NCBI GenBank assembly: GCA_003152555.1
Contig: PMAL01000141.1
Span: 2,109-46,455 of the forward strand
Source of the DNA: Acidimicrobiaceae bacterium
Lineage (GTDB): Bacteria; Actinomycetota; Acidimicrobiia; Acidimicrobiales; RAAP-2
DNA length: 44,347 nt
Reading direction: 5' to 3'
The translations under genes and the position numbers were made by a program. Below are positions 19,503-30,371 of the stretch, one piece after another (within the stretch, counting starts at the first letter, position 1; every line of letters starts with the position of its first letter). Below the pieces are notes generated by a model. That model had not been told where the DNA came from, did no database searches, and saw only the letters and a program-made list of their open reading frames with translations.

Positions 19503-20554
19503 AAGACTCGCCCCTGCCTGACGACGCCAGCGTCGATGACGGCCGCCCCGACCGGGTCGAGCGTGTCCTTCGAACGTTGGGAAAATCGGATCTTGATGAG
19601 GTCGAGGTCAACCCGGGGCAAGACGTCGGAAGAGTCAGCATCGTGCACGGTTCAAGTGCGCAGGTCATTTGGTGTGACCACGACGGTCTCGAACAGGTAT
19701 CGACCTGTCAATACGCGACCAATCTCAATCTTCGACCCGTCGCTGGCGACTGGGTGGCCCTACGCGATCAATACGTTGTTTCGGTGCTAACACGCCGCAA
19801 TGCGCTTCGCCGGCCCGATCCCAACCTGCGTGACGTGCAGATCCTCGCCGCCAACCTGGACCTCGTGCTGCTCGTCGTACCCATCGACCGAGGTCTGAAC
19901 GTTCGAATGCTCGAGCGGTTCGCGGTGATGGCCTTTGACAGCGGGGCCCGTCCCCTCGTCGTGCTCACCAAGGCCGACGGCACGAGTGACGCCACGGCCC
20001 TGGAAATTCAAACTGAATTAGCGGTGCCCGGCGTCGATATTTTGACGACCAGTTCGTTAAGCGGCGAAGGTATCGAACAGTTGCGCCAATTGCTGCACGA
20101 AGGCGTGACCGCCGTCATGCTGGGCGCGTCGGGCGCGGGCAAGACGTCATTGCTCAACGCCCTCGAGGGTAGCGACGAAGCAACGCTCAGCGTTGGCTCG
20201 AGCGGCGAAGGACGTCATGCGACCACCACTCGCAAGCTCTACCGACTCTCCTCCGGTGGCGTACTGCTAGACATACCCGGCATCCGATTGGTCGATCTAA
20301 TGAGCGGACAAGAGGGAATCGATGAGACCTTCGCCGACATCACGCACATCGCCGAGCGGTGCCGCTTCCGAGACTGCGCGCACAACGGTGATGAGGGTTG
20401 CGCCGTCGAGGCGTCCGTGATGTCCGGAAAGCTGCCGGCGAGTCGCCTTAAGAGCTGGCGGCTCATTCAGTCGCAACTCACGAGCCAGTCGCGGCGTCGA
20501 GACCCCAGCACGGCGGCGGCGAAACGAGCACGGCGCAAGAGGAGCGGCGACTAG
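19499..20554 (+). CDS. rsgA: Ribosome small subunit-dependent GTPase A
   Basis: Circularly permuted GTPase: VAGDWV, AANLD, TKAD, GASGAGKTS, GRHATT, DIPG; Zn finger CRFRDCAH....GC. Confidence 0.9.
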   Translation: MKDSPLPDDASVDDGRPDRVERVLRTLGKSDLDEVEVNPGQDVGRVSIVHGSSAQVIWCDHDGLEQVSTCQYATNLNLRPVAGDWVALRDQYVVSVLTRRNALRRPDPNLRDVQILAANLDLVLLVVPIDRGLNVRMLERFAVMAFDSGARPLVVLTKADGTSDATALEIQTELAVPGVDILTTSSLSGEGIEQLRQLLHEGVTAVMLGASGAGKTSLLNALEGSDEATLSVGSSGEGRHATTTRKLYRLSSGGVLLDIPGIRLVDLMSGQEGIDETFADITHIAERCRFRDCAHNGDEGCAVEASVMSGKLPASRLKSWRLIQSQLTSQSRRRDPSTAAAKRARRKRSGD

Positions 20555-22149
20555 CGCCGCTCAATCAGGTCCATGTAGTCATCACGCCAGAGATCGAAAT
20601 ACTCCTCCGGCAACAACACGGCGTGGGTCGGATTAAGCGCCTCCACGAATGGCCGTTCGTGACTCACCGCCACGATCGTTCCCTTCCACTGGTGCATCAT
20701 CACCCCGAGCGCTTCGACGCTCGCGGGGTCCAGGTTGTTCGTTGGTTCGTCCAATAACAGCAGGTTGGCGTCGGAGGCGGCCAGGATCGCGATCGCCAGC
20801 TTCGCCCGCTCGCCACCAGACAACGTTCCGGGCAACTGGTGGGCCGCGGAGCCTTTCAACCCGAAGGCGCCCAGCAGTGCCCGACGCTGCACCTCGGTTA
20901 CCACCGTGGCGTTTTCTAAGTGGTCGAGCACGCTCTTGGAGAAATCCAACTGCTCGTGTTCCTGGGCGAAGTAGCCAACCGTCACGTTGGCGCCGAACTT
21001 CACCACTCCGGTCTGCGCCTTCTGGGTACCCGCGAGGCATCGCAGCAGTGATGATTTTCCGGCGCCGTTCTTGCCGACGATCAGAATTCGGTCACCGCGG
21101 CGGGTGATGAAATTCACGTCGCGTAGTACTTCGACCGGACCGTAGCGAACGCCAACGTGCTCGACGGTCATAGGTACGTCACCACTGCGCGGAGGGTGAG
21201 GGAGCTTGAAGACGACCTTACGTTCCTTCTTGGTCACTTCGACGTGGCTGTCTTGAAGTTTCTCGACCTTACGGTCGAGCACCTTGGCCAAACGCGCGCG
21301 CTTCTCGGTTTGGCCCCGCATGCTGTCGGCCAATGTCTTCATGCGCGCGATCTGCTCATCCTGATGTGCGCCAAGTTTCTCTTCACCCAATCGACGCGTT
21401 TCCTCCTGTTGGAGAAACTTGGTGTAGTTGCCTTTGTACTCGCGCAGCTGTCCATCGCGCAGCGCCAGTACGCGGTCGATTGATTTGTCCAGCAGTGGCA
21501 GGTCGTGACTGATGACCAGCACGGTGCCGCGAAACTGTTCGAGTTCGTCGAAGAGCCAACCTTTGGCTGCCTTGTCAAGGTGGTTCGTCGGTTCGTCGAG
21601 GACCATGGTTTCGGGTTGTTCGTAGAGCACCCGCATCAGGTCCACTCGTCGGCGTTGTCCACCCGACAGCGAACTCAGGTCTTCTAAGAGCAGCTGCTCG
21701 GCGAGACCGAGTCCGTCGGCCAGTCGCGCCACTTCGGACTCAGCTTCGTATCCGCCGCGTTCACGAAATGTCTCTTCGAGACTAGTGAAGCGCTCGATCG
21801 TCTCGTCGGTGGGATCAGCCGCCAACGCGTGACGCGCATGTTGCATGTCGGCGTCGATTTGATCGAGGCCACGTGCGGAGAGCACGTGCGATAACCCAAT
21901 GGGCTCCACGCCGAGTCCGCCTTCAACTGGCTCCTGCGGCAAGTGACTGAGCGTGCCTTGATGCTGCACGGTGCCGGTGATGCGCAGGTGCTCGGGGGTG
22001 TTGCCGAGCAGCACGCTCAGCAACGTTGACTTGCCCGCACCGTTGCGACCAACGAGTCCAACTTTCTCCCCGTTGCCGACTGTGAACGACACGGGGCTGA
22101 GAATGCGACGTGCGCCAATCTCTATACCCAAATCCCGGACTATTAACAT
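20551..22149 (-). CDS. ABC-F family ribosome-associated ATPase
   Basis: Two ABC domains (GRNGAGKST/LSGGQ/LDEPTNHLD and GKNGAGKSS/LSGGE/LDEPTNNLD) joined by a YKGNY linker; no TM segments. Confidence 0.92.
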   Translation of the reverse strand: MLIVRDLGIEIGARRILSPVSFTVGNGEKVGLVGRNGAGKSTLLSVLLGNTPEHLRITGTVQHQGTLSHLPQEPVEGGLGVEPIGLSHVLSARGLDQIDADMQHARHALAADPTDETIERFTSLEETFRERGGYEAESEVARLADGLGLAEQLLLEDLSSLSGGQRRRVDLMRVLYEQPETMVLDEPTNHLDKAAKGWLFDELEQFRGTVLVISHDLPLLDKSIDRVLALRDGQLREYKGNYTKFLQQEETRRLGEEKLGAHQDEQIARMKTLADSMRGQTEKRARLAKVLDRKVEKLQDSHVEVTKKERKVVFKLPHPPRSGDVPMTVEHVGVRYGPVEVLRDVNFITRRGDRILIVGKNGAGKSSLLRCLAGTQKAQTGVVKFGANVTVGYFAQEHEQLDFSKSVLDHLENATVVTEVQRRALLGAFGLKGSAAHQLPGTLSGGERAKLAIAILAASDANLLLLDEPTNNLDPASVEALGVMMHQWKGTIVAVSHERPFVEALNPTHAVLLPEEYFDLWRDDYMDLIERR

Positions 22150-22323
22150 TTAGAGTCTCAGTGACTCGGTGGTAACTGTCAGCTCTTCTCGACGAAGTAG
22201 TGGTGTGGGCGACGTTATGAGTTGTGACCGTGTGCTCGCTGGCAGCGTGCGCGGCGAGTCTCGGTGAGAGACGTTGTCGTACTCGCGGTGGCGTGGCGAT
22301 ATCGCGTCCGCGAGCAAAGTCAT
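22150..22323 (-). CDS. Putative leaderless leader peptide (uORF, 57 aa) of the ABC-F gene
   Basis: TATCAT hexamer 6 nt before ATG 22323; its TAA directly abuts the ABC-F ATG; several hairpins inside; no recognised homology. Confidence 0.4.
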   Translation of the reverse strand: MTLLADAISPRHREYDNVSHRDSPRTLPASTRSQLITSPTPLLRREELTVTTESLRL

Positions 22324-22409
22324 ACATACATGATAGGACCCGTTGCCTGAACGGCCATCACGGCGACTCACACGGCATTCTGAACGTCAGATTGTGGCAC
22401 GATAACTGC

Positions 22410-23051
22410 ATGACAGAAACCTTCTTTGTGGACGTGTGGAGCGACGTGGTCTGTCCGTTCTGTTACCTCGGCACTCGGCAACTGACAAACGCTCTCGACG
22501 AATTTGAATTTCGCGATGACCTGGTGCTGCGCCACCGCGCCTTTGAGCTCGATCCCGACTCGCCCAGAGACTCCGGTCAAACCCTCGATGAGCGGCTTGC
22601 CCAGAAGTACGCCATGCCGATCGAACGGGCTCGATCGCTCAATGAGAAATTAGAGAGTGACGCGGCGGCCCTGGGCATGACGTGGTCCATGAAGCAGGCC
22701 CGACCGACGAACACGTTTGACGCCCACCGACTCATTGCCCACGCCAGCACGCAAGATCTTGGCGACGCCATGAGCGAGCGTCTCTTTCGTGCGTACTTCA
22801 GCGAGGGCCAATTGCTCGGCGACACCGATACGTTGAGCGCGCTCGCTATGGACGCGGGTGTGGCTGACGCCGACACACTGTGGCAGGGCGACAACTTCGC
22901 CGCCGATGTGCGGGCTGATGAAAATCAAGCCAATGAGCTTGGCATCACGGGGGTGCCAACGATGTTATTCGACGACAAATTCATGGTGGTCGGTGCACAA
23001 GGCTCCGAGCAGATCCTCGACGTCCTCACGCGGGCCTGGGCCCGCCGCTAG
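22410..23051 (+). CDS. DsbA/FrnE-family thiol-disulfide oxidoreductase
   Basis: WSDVVCPFCY, AFELDP, NTFDAHRL, GITGVP and GAQ; ATG 22410 lies 6 nt after CACGAT. Confidence 0.9.
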   Translation: MTETFFVDVWSDVVCPFCYLGTRQLTNALDEFEFRDDLVLRHRAFELDPDSPRDSGQTLDERLAQKYAMPIERARSLNEKLESDAAALGMTWSMKQARPTNTFDAHRLIAHASTQDLGDAMSERLFRAYFSEGQLLGDTDTLSALAMDAGVADADTLWQGDNFAADVRADENQANELGITGVPTMLFDDKFMVVGAQGSEQILDVLTRAWARR

Positions 23052-23053
23052 AA

Positions 23054-25540
23054 CTACTCTTCGGACTCGGCCGGCACTACGGCCGCAGTCGCGACCGTAT
23101 GGCCCTCATCGAGGTTCATCACCCGTACGCCCGTCGCGTCCCGGCCCTGAGATGAGACCTCGCGCACCGGCGTACGGATCAGCACGCCACCGCTCGATGC
23201 GAGCAGGAGCTCATCACCGAGTTCGGCCATGAACGCGGCGACCACAAATCCACGCGCGGCCGTGAGCTTGATGGCCCGCACGCCGAGGCCCCCGCGGCCC
23301 TGGCGATTGAAGCGCTCGGTCTTTACTCGCTTGCCAAATCCCGTGTCGGTAACGAGAAAGAGATCGGCGCCGTCGCGCACGACGTCGAGGGCAATCGCCT
23401 TGTCGTCCGCCTTGAGCTTGATGCCGCGCACGCCGGTTGAATCGCGACCGACCTCGCGAACTTCTTCCTCGTTAAAGCGAATTGACATTCCGCGAAACGT
23501 CACGACCATGAGGTCATCGGTGCCGCTCGTCGCGACCACGCGCACAACCTCATCGCCCTCACGTAACTTGATCGCGATCCAACCTTCACGACGAGACTTG
23601 TCGTACTCGCTGAATGCGGTCTTCTTCACGGTGCCGTCGGCCGTCACGAAGACTAAGAACTTGTCATCGGGAAAGTCAACCGTAGTGACGATTGCCTGAA
23701 TTGATTCACCGGGTTGCAGGTTGAGCAGGTTCACGACTGCCGTGCCCTTGGCGGTTCGTTCCTTCATTGGAATCTCGTGTCCCCGCAAACGAAACACTCG
23801 TCCTCGATTAGAGAACATCAGGACGTAGGCGTGTGTCGTCGTGTGAATGATTTGTTGGACGAAGTCTTCATCACGAAGCTTGGCGCCCTGGACCCCGCGG
23901 CCACCTCGCCCCTGGACCCGGAAGGAATCCGCAGCCACCGACTTCACGTAGCCGGCCTGGGTCATCGTGATCACAATGTCCTCATCCTTGATGAGGTCCT
24001 CGACACCGAGCTCACCGGGATCGTTGACGATCTCGGTCACGCGGTCGTTGGCATACTTGTTGCGAATCACGGTGATCTCATCGGCGATGACTTTGCGCAA
24101 CTTGGCGTCGTTGGCCAGGATGGACTGCAGCTCCGCGATTGTCTCGCGCAACTTGTTCATCTCATCGTCGAGTTCGCTGCGACCGAGGCGTGTCAGTCGA
24201 CCAAGGGTCATGTCCAGGATGTGGTTGGCCTGTTCCTCGGAGAATTCAAACGGCGCGGCCATCAACGCGGTGCGCGCGGCCGGACGGTCATCCGATCCGC
24301 GAATCGTCGCGATGACCTGGTCGAGCATGTCAATGGCCCTGAGCAGTCCTTCGACGATGTGGGCCCGGGCCTCGGCTTTACGCAAGCGGAATTCGGTGCG
24401 ACGCGTTACCACCTCAACCTGGTGAGAAATGTAGTGCGTGAGCGCTTGGACCAGTGACAACGTGCGCGGCACGCCGTCGACCAACGCCAGCATGTTGACG
24501 GCGAACGTGGTCTGCAGCGACGTGTTCTTGTAGAGCTTGTTGAGCACGACGTTTGCGTTGGCGTCGCGCTTGAGGCGAATCACCAAGCGGGCCTGGCGTC
24601 CGGCGGAGTCGTTCTGGACCGCGGAGATACCGTCGAGATCGCCGTTCTTCACCAGGTCGTAAATCTTCTCTTCGATGGCTTCGACCGACACTTCGTACGG
24701 GAACTCGGTGACCACGATGCGTACGTCGCTGCGGTTCTCTTCTATCTCCGCGACGGCCCGCATCTTGATTGAACCGCGTCCCGTGCGGTACGCGTCGAGG
24801 ATTCCCTGTCGGCCCAGGATCTGCGCCCCGGTAGGAAAGTCCGGTCCGCGCACGAAAGTCATGAGATCATCCGACGTGGCGTCGGGGTGGGCAAGTAGGT
24901 GCAGCGTGGCGTCGATCACTTCACCCAGATTGTGTGGTGGGATCTTGGTTGCCATGCCTACGGCAATGCCTTGGGAGCCGTTGACCAACAGATTGGGATA
25001 GCGCGACGGCAGCACGGTGGGCTGCTGAGTGGTGTTGTCGTAGTTCGGCTCAAAGTCGACCGTCTCTTCGTCGATCGAATCGAGCATTTCGAGCGCGAGC
25101 GGTGCGAGACGACACTCGGTGTAACGCATCGCGGCCGCGCCTTCGTCAGGGCCCGTGCCACCAAAATTGCCGTGCCCGCTGATGAGGGGATGACGCATTG
25201 CGAAGTCCTGGACCATGCGCACGAGCGCGTCGTAGATGGCGCTGTCGCCGTGCGGGTGATAGGTACCCATCACCGAGCCCACGACGCTGGCGCACTTGGA
25301 ATACGGCCGGTCCGGACGCAGACCCTGGTCGAACATCGAATACAAGATTCGCCGGTGCACGGGCTTTAATCCGTCGCGGGCGTCGGGCAGTGCGCGCGAC
25401 ACAATGACCGACATGGAGTACTCGAGAAACGAACGTTCCATCTCCAGATTGATTTCGATGGGTTCGATGTAGCCAACGACCTCGTCGCCTGGTGGCGGGG
25501 CGGCGGTGCCGCCGCCTCCGGTACCGGTTCTGCGTGCCAT
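23054..25540 (-). CDS. gyrA: DNA gyrase subunit A
   Basis: RALPDARDGLKPVHRR, HPHGDSAIYD, AAMRYTE (catalytic Tyr), GyrA-box QGRGGRG and beta-pinwheel CTD. Confidence 0.98.
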   Translation of the reverse strand: MARRTGTGGGGTAAPPPGDEVVGYIEPIEINLEMERSFLEYSMSVIVSRALPDARDGLKPVHRRILYSMFDQGLRPDRPYSKCASVVGSVMGTYHPHGDSAIYDALVRMVQDFAMRHPLISGHGNFGGTGPDEGAAAMRYTECRLAPLALEMLDSIDEETVDFEPNYDNTTQQPTVLPSRYPNLLVNGSQGIAVGMATKIPPHNLGEVIDATLHLLAHPDATSDDLMTFVRGPDFPTGAQILGRQGILDAYRTGRGSIKMRAVAEIEENRSDVRIVVTEFPYEVSVEAIEEKIYDLVKNGDLDGISAVQNDSAGRQARLVIRLKRDANANVVLNKLYKNTSLQTTFAVNMLALVDGVPRTLSLVQALTHYISHQVEVVTRRTEFRLRKAEARAHIVEGLLRAIDMLDQVIATIRGSDDRPAARTALMAAPFEFSEEQANHILDMTLGRLTRLGRSELDDEMNKLRETIAELQSILANDAKLRKVIADEITVIRNKYANDRVTEIVNDPGELGVEDLIKDEDIVITMTQAGYVKSVAADSFRVQGRGGRGVQGAKLRDEDFVQQIIHTTTHAYVLMFSNRGRVFRLRGHEIPMKERTAKGTAVVNLLNLQPGESIQAIVTTVDFPDDKFLVFVTADGTVKKTAFSEYDKSRREGWIAIKLREGDEVVRVVATSGTDDLMVVTFRGMSIRFNEEEVREVGRDSTGVRGIKLKADDKAIALDVVRDGADLFLVTDTGFGKRVKTERFNRQGRGGLGVRAIKLTAARGFVVAAFMAELGDELLLASSGGVLIRTPVREVSSQGRDATGVRVMNLDEGHTVATAAVVPAESEE

Positions 25541-25553
25541 GCTCTCGCGCCTC

Positions 25554-27497
<1,944 letters not shown>

Positions 27498-27620
27498 TCA
27501 GTTAAAGATTTCGGCGTTGTCACGCAGTCGGCGTGCAACTTTTCGATGTATATATCCTACCCGGTTTGGCACAACATTCGAACCCCCAACGGTCGTATTG
27601 GCGAGGTACTTTGACCTCAA

Positions 27621-27926
27621 TTACGAGTCTGATAACACCGTTCGAAGTGACGTCGGCGCACGCTCTCCAAGTGTCGAAAAACCAGCGAGAATTGACGGTG
27701 TTTGAGAGGTCACGCGCTGCGCGAACGCGCCCGAAGGGACACTGACCAACAGCACTCCATTTTTCACAAATTCTGGTCGACAGTGCTCGGCAATGACGGG
27801 CTCAACGATTTGCGGCCACATCTCACGTATCTCATCAATGAGGCGAAGGTCGACCTTGCGGAGTCGACCGGCCATGGTATTAAGCAGTTCGGCCAATCCC
27901 GTCGGTTGATCGTCTGAACGCTTCAT
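27621..27926 (-). CDS. dciA: DUF721/DciA-family helicase loader
   Basis: WPQIV...IAEHCRP....NGVLLVSV.S.A pattern; canonical position between recF and gyrB. Confidence 0.75.
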   Translation of the reverse strand: MKRSDDQPTGLAELLNTMAGRLRKVDLRLIDEIREMWPQIVEPVIAEHCRPEFVKNGVLLVSVPSGAFAQRVTSQTPSILAGFSTLGERAPTSLRTVLSDS

Positions 27927-29005
27927 GACTCGTGCCTCGAGAGGTCAATTACGGCGGCCGGGCTCATCGCGGACGGCAGTGGTGAGGCGGTAGTAACCAG
28001 CGTTTGACCGGCGGGAAGCAGATGCAAAAGGCGGTCACTACGTAGTGGATCGAGCTCACTGAAGACGTCGTCGAGTAGCAGTAAGGGGTCAACACCCCTT
28101 GTGTGTTGCACCAATTCGTGACCGCCGAGGCGCAACGCCAACGCGAGGGAACGTTGTTCACCCTGAGAGGCCTGTCGTCGAGCGTCGCGCTCATCGAGGG
28201 TGAGCAGAATATCGTCTCGTTGCGGACCAATCGTGGTGTGACCACGAAACCGGTCATCATCCAAGGCGCCCTGGAGCGCGTCGAACAAGTCACCGCTCCA
28301 GGACTGCTCGTATTCAATGCCCACTCGCAAATTGTCGTGAGCCAGCTCTTGGTAGTACCTCGTCACCAGAGGGACAAGATCATTGAGGACTCTTCGACGA
28401 ACAGCCACGAGTTCTTCGCTCACGTGGCAAAAATCCCTCGACCACACATCGAGTTCTTCGCGTTGCGACGATGTTGGCAGTTCGCCGTGCAGCCCGCGAA
28501 GCAGTGCGTTTCGTTGGCTCAACACGCGCGCGAAGCGTTCGATGATGTCGCCCGTACTTAGGTCCACGTCGCTCAAGAGGTGCGTAAGAAACGCGCGTCG
28601 GTTTTCGGGACCCTGGCGAACTATGTCGACGCCTTCGGGAGTGAAAATTGTCAGGGGTAAAACGCCGGCTACATCAGCTCGCGATTGGGGTCGTTGCCCA
28701 TTCACCAACATTCGTTTGGTGGTATTTCGAACACCTCGCGTCAGCGTGAGATCCACCTGCACGCGCCGCTCTCGCTGGAAAAGCACGCCGTGAACCTCGG
28801 CTATCTGCTCGCCGCTGCGAATCATGTCGCTAGCGGCACTACTTCGGAACGATGACGCGGTCGCGAGCGCGTACACCGCCTCTAAGACGGAGGTTTTCCC
28901 CGTGCCGTTGGGAGAAAGCAGCACGGTTACCGCGTCGCGGTCGGGCGAGAATCGAAGCTCTTTAAAGAGTCGGAAATTGCGAAGTTCAAGTTCGTGGAGA
29001 CCCAC
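27923..29005 (-). CDS. recF: DNA replication and repair protein RecF
   Basis: NFR, PNGTGKTS, GPQRDD, SQGEQRS and LLLLDDVFSELD. Confidence 0.95.
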   Translation of the reverse strand: MGLHELELRNFRLFKELRFSPDRDAVTVLLSPNGTGKTSVLEAVYALATASSFRSSAASDMIRSGEQIAEVHGVLFQRERRVQVDLTLTRGVRNTTKRMLVNGQRPQSRADVAGVLPLTIFTPEGVDIVRQGPENRRAFLTHLLSDVDLSTGDIIERFARVLSQRNALLRGLHGELPTSSQREELDVWSRDFCHVSEELVAVRRRVLNDLVPLVTRYYQELAHDNLRVGIEYEQSWSGDLFDALQGALDDDRFRGHTTIGPQRDDILLTLDERDARRQASQGEQRSLALALRLGGHELVQHTRGVDPLLLLDDVFSELDPLRSDRLLHLLPAGQTLVTTASPLPSAMSPAAVIDLSRHES

Positions 29006-29020
29006 GACAATCAGTCCGTA

Positions 29021-30121
29021 CTACTGAACGCGAACGGGCATCAGAAGGTACCGGAATCGCGTGTCGTCGACGCCGTGCACCATGGCGGGACGAACAGAGT
29101 CCGACATTTCAAGTATGACTTCGTCACCCGGAACGGCCTCAATCCCGTCGATCAAGAAACTGGGGTTAAACGCAATAGTGATCTCTTCACCGCTGTAGTC
29201 CGCATCAACATTGTCTTCGACGTCGCCGGCGTCGTGACTCTGTGTCCTAATTTCGATGCTCTTGTCCTTAGTGGTGAGTCGAACCGATGACGTTGAGTCT
29301 TTCGCGAGAAGTTTTGCTCGCTTCAGCGAGGTCAGTAACGTGTCTTTCGCTACGCGGAGTTGGTTGGGATAGCTCGCGGGAATCAATTGCAGTACGGATG
29401 GGTAATTGCCGTCGATAAGCCGTGAGGCAATGCTGGTAGTTCCCACGACAAAGCAGATTTCGGCTTCAGTGAGTGTTACGCCAATTTGCGCATCTACTGC
29501 CAGTGAAGCGGCCGCGCGTTGTAGTTCTTGAAGAGCTCGAGCCGGTACCAACAGGTCCTCTGTTCCACCCACGCTTTCAACCCCTGGAACGTCTCGTACG
29601 GCGAGTCGGTATGAGTCAGTCGCGATCAAGCGAAGTGAGCCATTGTCGGTCGTAAAGAGCACCCCGGTGAGTAGCGGCCGCGCGTCATCATTCGCTGCGG
29701 CCCGCACCACCTGGTTAAGGCCCTGGATAAGGTCAAGTGCAGCAATAGAGATGAGAGTTCCCGATACTGGTGGAAGTTTGGGATAGTCCATCACCGAAAA
29801 CGTGCGAAGTGAGAATTTTGCCCGACCTAACGATATTTCAACATTCTCATCGTTACCCGAAATTGTGACGGCGCCAGCTTCGAGAGAACGAACGGCGTCA
29901 ACAATCAATCGAGCCGGGACGACAGTCGAACCATCTTCGAGTCCAATGACGTCTACAGTCGTGCGCACAGTGATGTCGAGATCCGTGCCAGTAACAGTGA
30001 GTTGATTTCCAACCAGCGTTAACAGAATTCCTGACGACGCCCCGATGATGCGCGTTGCAACCACACGACTTGCCGCGCTTAATGCCTCGACAAGAATGTC
30101 ACGTTCTGATTTTAACTTCAC
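29021..30121 (-). CDS. dnaN: DNA polymerase III beta sliding clamp
   Basis: GTDLD, ATDSYRL, SRLIDGNYP, IAFNP and YLLMPVR; SD GAGGAAAGG before GTG 30121. Confidence 0.96.
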   Translation of the reverse strand: MKLKSERDILVEALSAASRVVATRIIGASSGILLTLVGNQLTVTGTDLDITVRTTVDVIGLEDGSTVVPARLIVDAVRSLEAGAVTISGNDENVEISLGRAKFSLRTFSVMDYPKLPPVSGTLISIAALDLIQGLNQVVRAAANDDARPLLTGVLFTTDNGSLRLIATDSYRLAVRDVPGVESVGGTEDLLVPARALQELQRAAASLAVDAQIGVTLTEAEICFVVGTTSIASRLIDGNYPSVLQLIPASYPNQLRVAKDTLLTSLKRAKLLAKDSTSSVRLTTKDKSIEIRTQSHDAGDVEDNVDADYSGEEITIAFNPSFLIDGIEAVPGDEVILEMSDSVRPAMVHGVDDTRFRYLLMPVRVQ

Positions 30122-30371
30122 TGAACTACCTTTCCTCAACTACTGAGATTATTGTGTGTTTTTCTATATAAAGAAGTCTTAGTAGTAGTAGGTCTGTTGG
30201 TTTGTGGATTAGGTAACAAAATACCTGATAAAGACCTACTTATTAAAACAACTCTTTACACACCTCTGTGACTAACTCCTTCAACCTTCAGAACTCAACT
30301 ATGAAGTGATGTGCGCTACTAGCTACTTGTCGATACACAATCAACAAGTCAGCCCGGAAGTTGCGCACAAA
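30122..30371. other. Replication origin oriC (dnaA-dnaN intergenic) with basal unwinding system
   Basis: AT-rich tract 30149-30179; DnaA-trios (TAG)x4 at 30180-30191; tandem DnaA-box-like TGTTGGTTT (30195-30203) and TGTGGATTA (30203-30211), matching the B. subtilis-type unwinding layout; weaker boxes TGTGACTAA and TTGCGCACA. Confidence 0.88.

Noticed and set aside
7426-23051. Genomic island integrated at tRNA-Leu
   Set aside because: No integrase, transposase or phage gene, and I found no duplicate of the tRNA 3' end; the content looks like ordinary variable chromosomal genes.
25220-25270. Fluoroquinolone-resistance substitution in the GyrA QRDR
   Set aside because: HPHGDSAIYD retains Ser and Asp at the E. 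coli 83 and 87 equivalents, the susceptible-type sequence.
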